Assembly (NCBI RefSeq): GCF_004010195.1
Contig: NC_057755.1
Coordinates: 11,370,351-11,423,138 of the forward strand
Direction of reading: 5' to 3'
Source of the DNA: Chiloscyllium plagiosum
Taxonomy: Eukaryota
Length of the DNA: 52,788 nucleotides
Part shown: positions 36,831-49,120 of the stretch, piece by piece
Position numbering within the stretch: the first letter of the stretch is position 1
Layout: every line of letters starts with the position of its first letter
Made by a program: the position numbers and the translations under genes
The notes under the pieces: generated by a model
What the model saw: only the letters and a program-made list of their open reading frames with translations
What the model was told of the DNA's origin: nothing
Databases searched by the model: none

Positions 36831-37092
36831 TCTCAATTAACTAAGGGGTATGGTGGTATCACTTTTGCTCTGTTCAAGTACTAATCCCACCAACTTTCCG
36901 GTGACTTTAGACATTTGACCTTACCTATTCTACAAGGGACACACACACCTACACACCACATACTTTGTGTCTTAAAGAAGGGCTTTTGCCAGAAATGTCG
37001 ATTTTCCTGCTCCTCGGATTCTGCCTGATCTGTTGTGCTTTTCCCACACCACACTCTCGACACACCCTGTTGGCTTTATGCTTTAATGAACA

Positions 37093-37310
37093 AGAGAAAG
37101 TGAGGTCTGCAGATGCTGGAGATCAGAGCTGAAAATGTATTGCTGGAAAAGCGCAGCAGGTCAGGGAGCATCCAGGGAAGAGGAGAATCGACGTTTCGGG
37201 CATAAGCCCTTCTTCATTCCTGAAGAAGGGCTTATGCCCGAAACGTCGATTCTCCTGTTCCCTGGATGCTGCCTGACCTGCTGTGCTTTTCCAGCAACAC
37301 ATTTTCAGCT
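37093..37310. mobile_element. Fold-back PLE terminal-repeat unit with 90-bp arms and 13-bp TSD
   Basis: Arms 37127-37216 and 37221-37310 with loop TTCC; TSD GCTTTAATGAACA at 37080-37092 and 37308-37320. Confidence 0.9.
37216..37251 (+). ncRNA. Minimal type I hammerhead ribozyme
   Basis: AUUC-CUGAAGA-A-GGGC uuau GCCC-GAAA-CG-UC^GAUU. Confidence 0.72.
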
Positions 37311-37461
37311 TTAATGAACAGGTCAATGTAGATCTTTACTTGAATTCCTAGCCTTTGTGTGGGACAGCTGTCCTTTTTAACCACTGGCTCAGGTAAATTT
37401 AAAGGAATATGAGGGTTCCAAAGGATTCAATAATAGAATGACAAAGTCACTTCTTATTGAG

Positions 37462-37479
37462 GTCCCATCTAGCGTGCCA
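37462..37479 (-). other. Primer binding site, tRNA-Arg(CCU)-like
   Basis: Plus strand GTCCCATCTAGCGTGCCA versus the recalled tRNA-Arg(CCU) 3' end GTCCCATCTGGGGTGCCA; 3 nt from the LTR end (TGT at 37483). Confidence 0.65.
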
Positions 37480-37482
37480 AAT

Positions 37483-38543
37483 TGTTGTGCCTGCCACAAT
37501 GTATTTTTAACTCTTATATCTAACAATGAAGCTGCAGGTCGACTCTTATTAATAAGAAACAATTATATTTATGTATTTTCCACAACTCTTATAATAAAAA
37601 AAACTTTTTTAAAATGTATAAATCTAATCAATTGTCTTACACTTTAACTTAACTCTGGATGATTATATATCAGCACACTAGATCTTGGCCTTCATCCATG
37701 TGGCAATGATAATCTGATCATATTTTACTGGTGATCTCAGGTGTGTTTTCTCTTCGCTGTGGTTGGTCTTGAGTTACTGTTCCTGCAGGTTGTGTTGTGG
37801 TGATTCTTATACTTAGAAGTCTTCACGTCCATGTGAGAGGGCCTTCGATCTCCACCCTCGATCACGCTGTTGACTTGTCATGACAGGGCATCCATTCCTG
37901 AAAGTGTTTAGATTAGATTACTTACAGTGTGGAAACAGGCCCTTTGGCCCAACAAGTCCACACCGACCCGCCGAAGCGTATGCTACCCAGACCCCTACAT
38001 TTACCCCTTCACCTAACACGACGGACAATTTAGCATGGTCAATTCACCTAACCTGCACATTTTTGGATTGTGGGAGGAAACCGGAGCACCCGGAGGAAAC
38101 CCACGCAGACACGGGGAGAATGTGCAAACTCCACACAGAGAGTCGCCTGAGGCGGGAATTGAACCCGGGTCTCTGGCGCTGTGAGGCAGCAGTGCTAACC
38201 ACTGTGCCACCGTGCTGCCGTGTTGGGGCATGTCGGTCAGGTAGCCCTCTCCAAATAAGGGTGTGAATTGCCCCTGTGTCTGGTCAAGAACACGATGTTT
38301 CTGATTGCCCAGGGGATGGCATTTAGGTCGATTCCAATCCATTCAGATTCAAGTGTATATTGTATTGTCTGCAGCTGCTGGCTCAGTTGTAAACTGTCTG
38401 TAGCTGCAGCCTATCTGGATTCTGCAGCTTGTTTATTTCAGAGTCTTTGAGCGCAATCACTTTTGACCAAAACTTGTCTCAATTTCCAATTTCGTTTACT
38501 CTCCATCATAAGTGCATGATTTTGAGTTGCCCGTTCAGCCACA
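37483..38543 (-). mobile_element. 5' LTR of the gag-bearing element (outer boundary uncertain: 37885 or 38543), with SINE insertion
   Basis: TG start adjacent to the PBS; TATA-like TATAAG on minus near 37806; candidate CA ends at 37885 and 38543. Confidence 0.5.
37909..38215 (-). mobile_element. HE1-type SINE, full length
   Basis: Near-identical to the 16800 and 17677 copies. Confidence 0.9.
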
Positions 38544-38649
38544 CCCATCTGCAAACATGTGATCCCATGAGTAAAGAGCCAAAGTAGGGCATCCGAGGAG
38601 CAGAACAATCGACGTTTCGGGCAGAAGCTCCTCATCCGAAACGTAGATG

Positions 38650-41562
38650 GGAACCAGAAGAGAAGACGAGCTGACAGTGAGGTGGAAACTAGAGACTGTA
38701 AGGATCATGAATTTCTCATCATCAAGGGGAAGAGTAGGCAGAGAGCAGATGAACACAAAAGGACTGGCGGCCAGAAGTGCATATGATTTAATGCAAGGCG
38801 TATAGCGGGTAAGGCAGATATACTTAGGGCTTCGATTGGTGTCTGGGAGTACGACCTTATGGCAATCACAGAGACTTGGTTCATGAATGGCATGATTGGC
38901 AACTAAATGTTCCAGGATATAGATGCTTCAGACAGGACAGGGAGGGAAGAAAAGGAGGGGGGGTGGGGGAGGAGGAGTTGCATTGCTGGTCAGGGATGAT
39001 ATCATGACTGTGTTAAAAGAGGACACGATGTAGGGCTCGAGCAGTGAGGCATTATGGATACAACTGAGAAATAAGAAGGGTGCAGTTACATTATTGGGAC
39101 TGTATCACAGGCCTCCCAACAGTGAGGTAGAAGTACAAATAGGTGAACAGATTATGGAAAAATGTAGAGGCTGGTGGTGATGTGGGATTTTAATTTTCCC
39201 AACATTGAATGGGATACACAGTGTCAGAGGTCTGGATGGGACAGAATTTGTAAGGAGCATTCAGGAAAGTTTTCTAGAACAGTATTCAATAGTCTGATGA
39301 GTTAAGGGACCATATTGGACCTGTTGTTGGGGATTGAGCTAGGCCAGGTGGAAGAAGTTGCAGTGGGGGATTTCTTCGGTAATAATGACTACAATTCTGT
39401 AGGTTTTAGAATACTCGTAGACAAAGATGAGAGTGGTCCTAAAGGAAGAGTATTAAACTGGGCCAAGGCCAATTATATCAAAATTCTGCAGGAGCTAGGA
39501 AATGTGGATTGGGAGCAGCTATTTGAAGGAAGTCCACATTTGAAATGTGGGAGGCTTTCAAAGATAGTTTGAAGATAGTGCAGGAAAGTCATGTCCCTTT
39601 GAAAATAAGGGATAGAAAGGCAAGATTCTTGAATCGTGGATGACAGGAGAAATCGTGCAACTAACCAAGAGGAAAAGGAAAGCATACATGAGGTCCAGGC
39701 AGCTAAGAACAGAATGTGCCTTTGCGGAATATCGGGAGAGTGGGACGAGTCTTAAACAAGTAATCAAGTGGGCTAAAAGGGGTGAAGAAATAACTTTAGC
39801 GAGCAGAATTAAAGGGATCCCAAGGAATTTTATTCACTATGTAAGAGACAAGAAGGTAACTAGAGAAGGGATTGGTCCACTAAAGGATAAGGAAGGAAGG
39901 CCTGAGAAAATGGGTGAGATTCTCAATGATTTTTTGCATCACTGTTCACTGAGGAGAGGGATATAATGAATGTTGAGATTAGAGACAGAAGTTTTTTACT
40001 CTGGATCACATTGACATAAGCGGGGAAGATGTGTTGGGTAGACTAAAGGATATTAAGGTGAACAAATCTCCAGGATTGGATAGGATCTATCCCAGGTTGC
40101 TGAGGGAGGCCGAGAGGGGAAATAGCTGTGGCCCTGACAAATATCTTTGTAGCATCTTTAAAAACAGGTGAAGAGCCAGAGGACTGGAGGGTTACTCATG
40201 TTGTCACCCGTACAAGAAGGGATATTCTATGTAACTACAGACCAGTGAGCCTGACATCAGTGGTGGGAAAGTTGCTGCAGAAGGTACTGAGGGATGAAAT
40301 GTATTCATATTTGGATTGGTGATATGCAGCATGGTTTTGTGCGAGATAGATTGTGCCTTACCAACTTAATAGAGTTATTTGAGGAAGTGACCAAGTTGAT
40401 AGATGAAGGAAGGGCTGTAGATGTAAGGCTTTTGATAAGTTTCCCCATGGTAAACTAAAGGAGAAATTGAAGTCACATGGTGTGCAGGATGTTCTGGATA
40501 GGTGGATAAAGAACTGGTTGAGCAACAGGAGACAGAGAGTAGTAGGTGAATGGAGTTTCACGAAATGGTGAAAGGTGACCAGTAGTGGTCCACAGGGATC
40601 AGAGCTGGGGCCACTATTGTTTGTGATATACATAAATGATCTGGAAGAGGGCATTGTTGGTCTGATCAGTAAGTTGCAGATGACGCTAAAATTGGTGGAG
40701 TAGCAGAAAGCATAGAGGACTGTCAAAGAATATAGATAGACTGAAGAGTTGGCCGAAGACGTGGCAGATAGAGTTCAATCAAATAATTGTGAGGTGATGC
40801 ATTTTGCAAAATCTAATTCTGGAGTGAACTAATTCTGGAAGAGCCTTGGGAAAAGTTGATGGACAGAGAGATCTGGGAATTCAGGTCCGTTGTACTCTGA
40901 AGTGGTTGCACAGTTGGATAGAGTGATCAAGAAGGCATATGCTTGCCTTCATCGGATGGGTTTTGAGTATAAGAGCTGGCAGGTCATGTTGAAATTGTAC
41001 AAGACTTTGGTTCGGCTGCATTTAGAAAACTGTGTACAGTTCTGGTTGCCACATTACCAAAAGGATGCAGACAGTTTGGAGAGGGTGCAGAAAAGGTTTA
41101 CGAGGAAGTTGCCTGGTATGGAAGGTGCTAGCTATGATGAGAGGTTGAGAATGTTCGGATTGTTTTCATTAGAAAAAAACAGATGGGGTGGGACGTGATT
41201 GAGGTGTACAAAAGCATGAAGGGTATAGACAAGGTGGATAGAAATCAGCTTTTTTCCATGGTGAAGGATTCAATAATGAGAGATCACGTGTTCAAGGTGA
41301 CAGGTGAAAAGTTTCAGGGGGATACACGCGGAAAGTACTTTCCACAGAAGGTGGTAGTTGCCTGGAATGTGTTACCAGCAGAGATAGCGGCAGGCACGGT
41401 AGATTCTTTTAAGGTGCGTCTGGACAGATGGATGAGTCGGTGGGGAGCAGAGGAATACAGATCCTTAGGAATTGGGCTATAGGTTTAGACAGTGGATTTG
41501 GATCGGCACATGCTTGGAGGGGTAAAGGGCCTGTTCCTGCGCTGTAAATTTTATTTGTTCTA
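38650..41562 (+). mobile_element. Near-full-length CR1 (HER1-like) ORF2, decayed
   Basis: APE start FNARRIAGKADILRASIGVWEYDLMAITETW; NYRPVSLTSVVGK; PQGSELGPLLF; LYKTLVRLHLENCVQFW; TTGTTCTAT tail. Confidence 0.92.
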
Positions 41563-42189
41563 TCTCCAGCATCTGCAGACCTCACTTTCTCCATTCAGCC
41601 CCTTGAGCCTGCCCACCATTTAATAAGGGTGTAGCTGATTTGTTTATCATTTGAATTGCACATTCCAGTCTACCACCAATAATGTTTGAGTCCTTCTGTG
41701 TCTACCTTAAGAATAATTACTGATTCTGCCTCTACTAGCATGTGAAGCAGAGTGCTCTGAAGTTGCACAAGCTCCTAATCTGTCTGAAACTACCCTTTTT
41801 GTTCCCTACCTGACCCTTTACCAACAGCCCTAAAACCCATCATCTTTACACTTCAAATCTAAAGAAGTGTCAGATAATGCTAACTGTCTTTCTCTCCATC
41901 AATACACTTGCAGGCACCATTATTTCTGTGAGTCGCTGTAATGAATGGTGCTTTTATGTGTGGGATGTGTGTTGACAGGGTCCTACATAAATTGACCTTG
42001 CAATTGGTACAGTACTGTGGAACAAAATGTAAGGAGCCAATTCCTTGCTCAGAGGTTGCATAGGATGGCTATGTGGTAAGTTGAAATGTCACATGAATTA
42101 ATGTTGGAGTTTGGGGATTAAGTCACATGAATGAAACATTGTGGAATAAATTCACATTCAATCCAGTTTCTAGTTTCAATAGCATTTAC

Positions 42190-42885
42190 TGAAAGCAGGG
42201 GATACCTATACAATTATACTTAATCAGTCATTTCCCTGTTTTTCACTGTATGCGTTCAACTTCATCTATGGTGAAACCACGTTTGTCCTCGCTAATCTTC
42301 TGCTTTTTCACATACTTAAAGGTGCCTTTCCAGTCTGCCTTTTTGTTATTGCATCAGATCAAAGGATGTAGCTTATAACTTGACTAGAAAAAGCGGTAAG
42401 ACTTAGGTATGGGAGTAACTTAGAATCTAGCAAAGGGTGGCCAAGAAATGAAAAGCCAGGGATAGCTATACAATTTTTACTTACTCAGTCATTTCCCTAT
42501 ATACTTTCAACTTGATCTGTTGTGAATGCACGTTTATCCTCGCTAATCTTCTGCTTTTTCACATACTTAAAGGTGCCTTTCCAGTCTGCCTTTTTATTAG
42601 TGCTCTCTTGCATTTTTTTTTTCCTTTTTATTATTTTCTTGGCCACCCTTTGCTAGATTCTAAGTTACTCCCATATCTAAGTCTTACCGCTTTTTCTAGT
42701 CAAGTTATAAGCTACATCCTTTGATCTGATGCAATAACAAAAAGGCAGACTGGAAAGGCACCTTTAAGTATGTGAAAAAGCAGAAGATTAGCGAGGATAA
42801 ACGTGCATTCACAACAGATCAAGTTGAAAGTATATAGGGAAATGACTGAGTAAGTAAAAATTGTATAGCTATCCCTGGCTTTTCA
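42190..42885. repeat. Nested direct and inverted duplication of a CR1-derived segment (X1-Y-X2-spacer-Y'-X2')
   Basis: 42449-42595 is the reverse complement of 42739-42885; 42345-42448 is the reverse complement of 42635-42738. Confidence 0.92.
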
Positions 42886-43257
42886 CAAGCTTGCTTTATC
42901 CCAACTCACTTTTACAAAAGACCTATATTAATATGTGTTTTCGCTTATTGAAAAAAATCCGAAGAGGATTTTCACTTTTAAGGAGAACAAGCTTAATATA
43001 AGTTGATAAATTGGCAATTGCTTCTTTGCTTTACAGCTTATGAAAGATTTCATCGGATCGCTCTACTTTCATGTAGTGGGGGAAACCTGTATTGTTTTTT
43101 CACACAAACAATGGAGAAAATCTCACAGTAAGGCTATGGAGCAAAGGAACATGTGAAAATGAGGAACTGAAAGAAATTAGCATTAATAAAACAGGAAAAC
43201 TAAAATAAAACAAAAAAATGCATTAAAGTTTGGTAAATTTCCTGCGTCATGGGAATT

Positions 43258-43580
43258 AAAGTTGAAAAAGTGTGGCGCTGGAAAAGCACAGCAGGTCAGG
43301 CAGCATCCAAGGAGCAGGAGAATCGACGTTTTCGGTATAAGCTCTTCATCAAGAATGTGGTTTGTCGGGCTGGGGGGGAATATATCTTGGCAGACAGTAG
43401 GTAGATGCAGGTAAGGGTGTGACGATGATAGGTTGGAGGGGAGGCTGGAGCAGATAGGCAGGAAGGAAGATGGACACGTGAGACAGTTCAAGAGGGTGGT
43501 GCCCATTTGGAGAGTTCGATCTGGGTAAGGGGGGGGGGGGGGGGAGATGAGGAAACTGGTGAAACCTTGTGGCCCTGGAA
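43258..43580 (-). mobile_element. Neptune-type PLE 3' fragment
   Basis: GCTGGAAAAGCACAGCAGGTCAGGCAGCATCC terminus; decayed hammerhead. Confidence 0.8.
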
Positions 43581-43899
43581 GCCATTTTCATTTAGACTTC
43601 AAACATAGCTAGGTTAAAAATCGTTTGTGAAAGAAATTTGTGACCAACACCGTGACAAGCATTATGTGTCACTGTCTGACCAGACCTTGTAAAGGAAAAG
43701 ATTAAGTTTTTATCCATTAGAAAAAAAAACATTATTGAAATTTAACAGTTTTCTGCATTACTCACGAAATACTTTATCTATGGAATATCATTAAACCAGC
43801 AATGTAACAATAAATTATTTACACAAACTTAAAACAATAAATCTTTTAAACGTACATTGTTGGCCAGACCTCCAGTTTATCCAATGCAAGGCAAGTAGG

Positions 43900-45465
43900 C
43901 CATCTAGTGACTAATTGTAGTATTGTGTCCTGTGTTTCTGAAACTTTCTGCGACAGGACGACCAGAAATAGGGATATATTGGATCGGCTGTAGCCAGGTT
44001 GGTACCAATCCATGAAGAGGCTCCAATTTTCCCCGATCCCAGTTCTTAATCAGGACAAAATCTCCAGGTTCTACAGTAGGGTAATATCCGTCTCTCCATG
44101 GCTTTGGGAGCAGGGACATTCCAAAGGGACCCTGGCGTTTTATTAAGGAGAGTGAACCAATCAAACAAAATGTAACCAAATTTTGTCAAATTTTGGCTCG
44201 GTTCAATCCATGGCATAATGAAGGAGCATCGACTAGCCCCACATAAATTCCACCGGAGAAGTTCCCATCTCAACTAAAGCAAATACTGACATTAATAGTA
44301 TTGTTAAGGACGACCAGAAATGGGAGTAAATTGGATCGGTTGTAGCCAGGTTGGTACCAATCCATGAAGAGGCTCCAATTTTCCCCGATCCCAGTTCATA
44401 ATCAGGACAAAATCTCCAGGTTCTACGGTAGGGTAGTCTCCCTCAAATGAATCAACTTCTCGATAGGCTCAGTGCACCTGTGAATGAAAGCTTTGAAGTG
44501 TTTGGGTTAACTTAGGCAGATATATTCCCATTTCCTCTTCAAGAGTGTGCATATTCAATCTTTTAGGAAGGGTAGGTCTGAACATTCCAGATCGCCATGA
44601 GGTCCAGATCGGCTTCCCACACACAATCTCATTGGGAGATAGCCCTGTTTTACCTGAGAGGATAATCCTCAGGTGGAATAGTGCCAAATGTAGGTCCTTT
44701 AACCAGTTCACTCCTGTTTCCTCTGTTAACTTGGCCAACTTATTCATTTGCTTATTTCACTTACCCAGCTATCTTTGGGTGGTGACTACAGTGGAACTGT
44801 TGCTTTATCACCAACTCTTTGCAGACCTCTTTGTTTATTTTACTGTTACTATTTCTAACTAGGTTTTGCTGGGAACCTAATGGAACCAGAAGCTCGGGGT
44901 GTCAGGCCACCTTCTTAGCAGCAGCATCTACCATCTTATTGCCTAGGGAGACTGTATCTGTTGCACCAGTGAGAGCCGATGATTTGATAACAGCCAGACT
45001 GGTTGGTAATTGCAAGGCCTTTAAGAAGTTACGCACAAAAGTAGCATTACTAATAGCTGTCCTGTACAAATTAAAAATCTCCGGTGTTCCCACTAGGCTC
45101 CGTAATTGTGGGCAACACACAACGCATAACGGGAGTCTGCATACTGTATATGTCTGTTGATTTTCCCTTTGCTAATATGCAAGCACGAGGGAGGGTGAAC
45201 CATTCAGCGATCTGTGCAGAAATTAAGGTTTCGAAATACGCTTGCTCTAAAATGTCAGCGTAGGTGGCAACCACATATCCTGACAACATTGTCCTGTGGG
45301 TACAATAAGGAGCTTCCGTCAACAGAAAGGATTAATTCTGCATTCAGAAATGGCATGTCAACCATATTCTCACAGACAATAGCATAAAGGTGGTTGCTAA
45401 ATAGGCAATCGTGCTCAGGGAGGGAGAGGTCATGTGGTAGCTCTGTCAAAAATGTAGCAGGTGGT
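43900..45465 (-). mobile_element. Class I (gamma/epsilon-like) endogenous retrovirus pol remnant: RNase H and integrase C-terminal half
   Basis: LSVDGSS, SGYVV..SAQIAEWFTLPRACILAKGK, GNKMVDAAAK, QQFHCSHHP, KLAKLTEETGVNWLKDLHLALFHLR..TGLSPNEIVCG, PGDFVLIK. Confidence 0.85.
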
Positions 45466-45977
45466 GCACCGCCACGTGGTTGAACATTTCAACACCCCCT
45501 CCCACTCCGCCAAGGACATGCAGGTTCTGGGCCACTTCCACTCCCACTCCCTCACCAGCTGACGTCTGGAGGAAGAACGCCTCATTTTCCGCCTCAGAAC
45601 ACTTCAACCCCAAGGCATCAATGTGGTCTTCACCAGTTTCTGCGTTTCCCCACCACCCACCTTACCCCAGTTCCAAATTTCCAGCTCAGCACCACCCTCA
45701 TGAACTGTCCCACCTGTCAATGTTCCTTTCCACCTATCCGCTCCACCCTTCTCTGCAAACTATCACCTTTACCACTTCTCCATCCACCTATTGCACTCCC
45801 AACTACCTTCTCCCCAGCCCCACTCCCAAGGCTTCCAGCCTCACTCCTGATGAAGGGCTCCTGTCCGAAGTATCGATTTTCCTGTTCTTAGGATTCTGCC
45901 TTACCTGCTGTGCTTTTCCAGCACAACTCTAATCTTGACTGTCATCTCCAGCATCTGCAGTCTTCATTTTCACCTAG
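45466..45977 (+). mobile_element. Neptune-type PLE 3' fragment
   Basis: RLEEERLIFRL.TLQPQGINV (GIY-YIG C-terminus); ends with CTCCAGCATCTGCAGTCTTCATTTTCACC. Confidence 0.85.
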
Positions 45978-46029
45978 GAGGCAGGTATCAGTCAGCAATA
46001 CTGTGTGTTACATGGAAAACAAATTGCAG

Positions 46030-46770
46030 TGCTCTTCCCTAGAAGGAGGGGAAACAAGGTCTTGTAGAGAGCCTGCATAAGGTTTTAGAGGGACAGATAG
46101 CCAAACAGTTTGGAAATGAAATAAGTTTCAAGGAGGACGGTGAGATGCAAAGAGGTAATTCTGGATCTTGGGGCTGAGGCAGCTTAAGGTGCAGCCAGCA
46201 GTGATAGAGCATTGAAAATTGGGAATGTGTAAGAAGCTGGGATTGAAAAAGCTCACATATCTCTGATAGGGACATTACAGAGATAAAATGGGCGAAACCA
46301 TGGTAGCAATCTGATCACCAGGATTTTAAAGTCTGGATGTTGCTTGAGTGGCACACCAGTGTGGGTCAGTGAACACTGGAGTGACAGAGGAATGAAAACT
46401 GTTGCACGCTATCAACAACAAAGTTTTACATGGCTTCAAGTTTACAAACGGTAGAATGTGGAAGATCATTGAGCTCAGCATTGAAGCGGTTTAGTCTGGA
46501 AGGAATGGAAGATGTGGGTTTCAGCAGCAACTGCACTGAGTTAGGGATAGGATGGAATGAGATGACAGATGTGGATACAGGTAGACTTAATGCTGACACA
46601 GATATGACATCATAAACTCCACTCAGATTCAAAAGAAATACCAAAATTTTCAACAGCATGGATGAATCTCGATGATTAACAAGGGAGAGAGATGGAGGCA
46701 GGATATCAGGACTGAAGATTGGAGCAGCTTCTGAAAATAATGGCTTAATTCTTCTGTGCATTTAATTGGA
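46030..46770 (-). mobile_element. Old L2 LINE 3' fragment
   Basis: Minus strand CTTAAGCTGCCTCAGCCCCAAGATCCAGAATT...CTCCTTGAAAC, a typical L2 C-terminal signature. Confidence 0.5.
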
Positions 46771-47829
46771 GTTAATTCATCAGCATGGAGATACTCAGCA
46801 GGTGGATGGGAACCTGAATTGTAGCTCCATTGCACAGGAGGTTGAGTTAATAAAGAAGGTTTCAAGGTCGCAGGAGAGTACCAGCAGGCAGGATATTCAT
46901 TTGAAGTGTGTCGACTCCAATGCCAGGAGCGTCCAGATAAAGGTGGGTGAACTTGCAGCATTGTTTGGTACCTGGGACTTCGATGTTGTGGCCATTTCGG
47001 AGAAATGGATACAGCAGGGACAGAATTGTTGCAGGTTCTGGGGTTTAGGTGTTTCAATAAGTACAGGGAAGGTGGTAAAAGAGGGGAAGATGTTGCATTG
47101 TTAGTCATGGACAGTATTACAGTGGCAGAAAGGATGTTTGATGATGATTTGTCTGCTGAGGTAATAAGGGCTCAGCTTAGAAACAGAAGAGGAGAGGTCA
47201 CCCTGCTGGGAGTTTTCTATATGCCTCCAAAAAGCACCAGATATGTAGAGGAAAGGATAGCAAAGATGATTCTCGGTAGGAGTGAAAGTAACACAGTAAT
47301 TGTTATGGGGGCTTTAACTTTACAAACACTGACGGTAAATATGGTAGTTCAAGCACTTTAGATGGGTGATGGGTCACTTTTTATTCAGTGTGTGCAGAAG
47401 GTATGACACAGGATAGAGACGCCCAAGAAGGGGCAAGGACATATTGGGATTTGGTATGGGTAATGAACCAGTGATAGATTTGGAGGTAGTTGAGCACTTT
47501 GCTGAGAGTGATCACAATTCAGTTACATTTACTTTATTAGGGTAAAGTGAGAGGTATATACGGCAGGGCAAGAAGTAGAGTTGGAGATTTAAAGGCAATT
47601 ATAATGCAATTAGGCATGACTTTGGATGGATAGGATGTGGAAGGGAAGTGCAGGGTATGGGCATATTTGAAATGTGGAGCATGTTCACGGAACAGCTTCT
47701 GCGTGTGCTTTATAAGTATGTACCTGTCAGGCAGGCAGCAACTGATTGAGCGAGGGAGTCGTGGTTTACTAAAGAAGTTGATAATCTCTGGCCAAGAGGA
47801 AGAAGAAGGCGGCCTGGTTTCAGTGGAGA

Positions 47830-48090
47830 GCACGGTGGCACAGTGGCTAGCACTGCTGCCTCGCAGTGCCAAAGATCCGGGTTCAATTCCTGCCTCAGGC
47901 GACTGTCTGTGTGGAGTTTGCACATTCTCCCCGTGTCTGTGTGGGTTTCCTCTCACAGTCCAAAAACGTGCAGGTTAGGTGAATTGGCCGTGCTAAATTG
48001 CCTGTAGTGTTAGGTGCAGGGGAATGGGTGCGGGTCGGTGTGGACTTGTTGGGCCGAAGGACCTGCTTCCACACTCTAAATAATCTAATC
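47830..48090 (+). mobile_element. HE1-type SINE
   Basis: A/B boxes, conserved core and TAATCTAATC tail. Confidence 0.88.
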
Positions 48091-48419
48091 TTATGATGCT
48101 GAGACGTGAAGGCTCAGTTAGGGCGCTTGAGAGTTACAAGTTAGCCAGAACGAGAGAGTTCAGAAAAGCCAGGAGGGTTCATGAGAAGTCTTTGGGAGTA
48201 GGATCGAAGCAAACCCTAAAGGTATATCAGAAATAAAAGAATGATTAGAGTTATTAGGGGGAATTTATGCGTGGGTCTGAGGAGATAGGAGAGGAGCTAA
48301 ATGAAAATTTTTGTCAGTATTCACACTGGAAAAAGACAATGTTGTGAAAGAGAATACTGAGATATACACTATTAGACTAGACAGGATTGGGGTTCATAAG
48401 TAGGAGGTGTTAGCATTTG

Positions 48420-49120
48420 TAGAGTAATAGAGGCACAGAGATGTACAGCATGGAAACAGGTCCTTCGGTCCTACCCGTCCATGACGACCAGATATCCCAA
48501 ACCAATCTCGTCCCATCTGCCAGCACCCGGCCCAATGTCCTTCCAACTCCTTCCTATTCATATAATCATTCATATGTCGCAATTATACCAGCCTCCAACA
48601 AATCCTCTGGCAGCTCATTCCATATATGTATCTCCCTCTGTGTGAAACATTTGCCCTTTGGGTCTCAATTATATCTTTCCCTCTCACCCTAAACCTATAC
48701 CCTCTAGTTCTGGACTCCCCGAACCTATTTATCCCTGTCTATTTATCCTATCCATGCCCCGCATGATTTTGTAAACTTCTGTAAGGTCACCCCTCAACCT
48801 TCGGCGCTCCAGGGAAACAGCCCCAGTCTGTTCAGCCTCTCCCTATAGCTCAACTCCTCCAATCCTGGCAACATCCTTGTAAATCTTTTCTGAACCATTT
48901 CGAGTTTCACAACACCTTTCTGATAGGAAGGAGACCTGAATTGCACGCAATATTCTAACAGTGGCCTAACCAATGTCCTGTGCAGCTGCAACATGTCCTT
49001 CCAACTCCTATACTCAATACTCTGACCAATAAAAGAAAGCATACCAAACTATCCTATCTACCTGCGACTCCACGTTCAAGGAGTTATGAACCTGCACTCC
49101 AAGATCTCTTTGTTCAGGAA
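48420..49120 (-). mobile_element. CR1 3' fragment inserted antisense in another CR1
   Basis: LVRPLLEYCVQFRSP..VQKRFTRMLPGLEELSY (ORF 48794..49042). Confidence 0.88.

Noticed and set aside
38560..38583. Second primer binding site (TGGCTCTTTACTCATGGGAT on minus)
   Set aside because: No convincing match to a tRNA 3' end that I can recall, and no adjacent LTR terminus.
43258..45977. ERV fragment apparently captured between two outward-facing PLE ends (transduction)
   Set aside because: No TSD, and the two ends belong to different subfamilies (GTTGAAAAAGTGTGG versus CAAGATTAGAGTTG), so they are more likely independent insertions.
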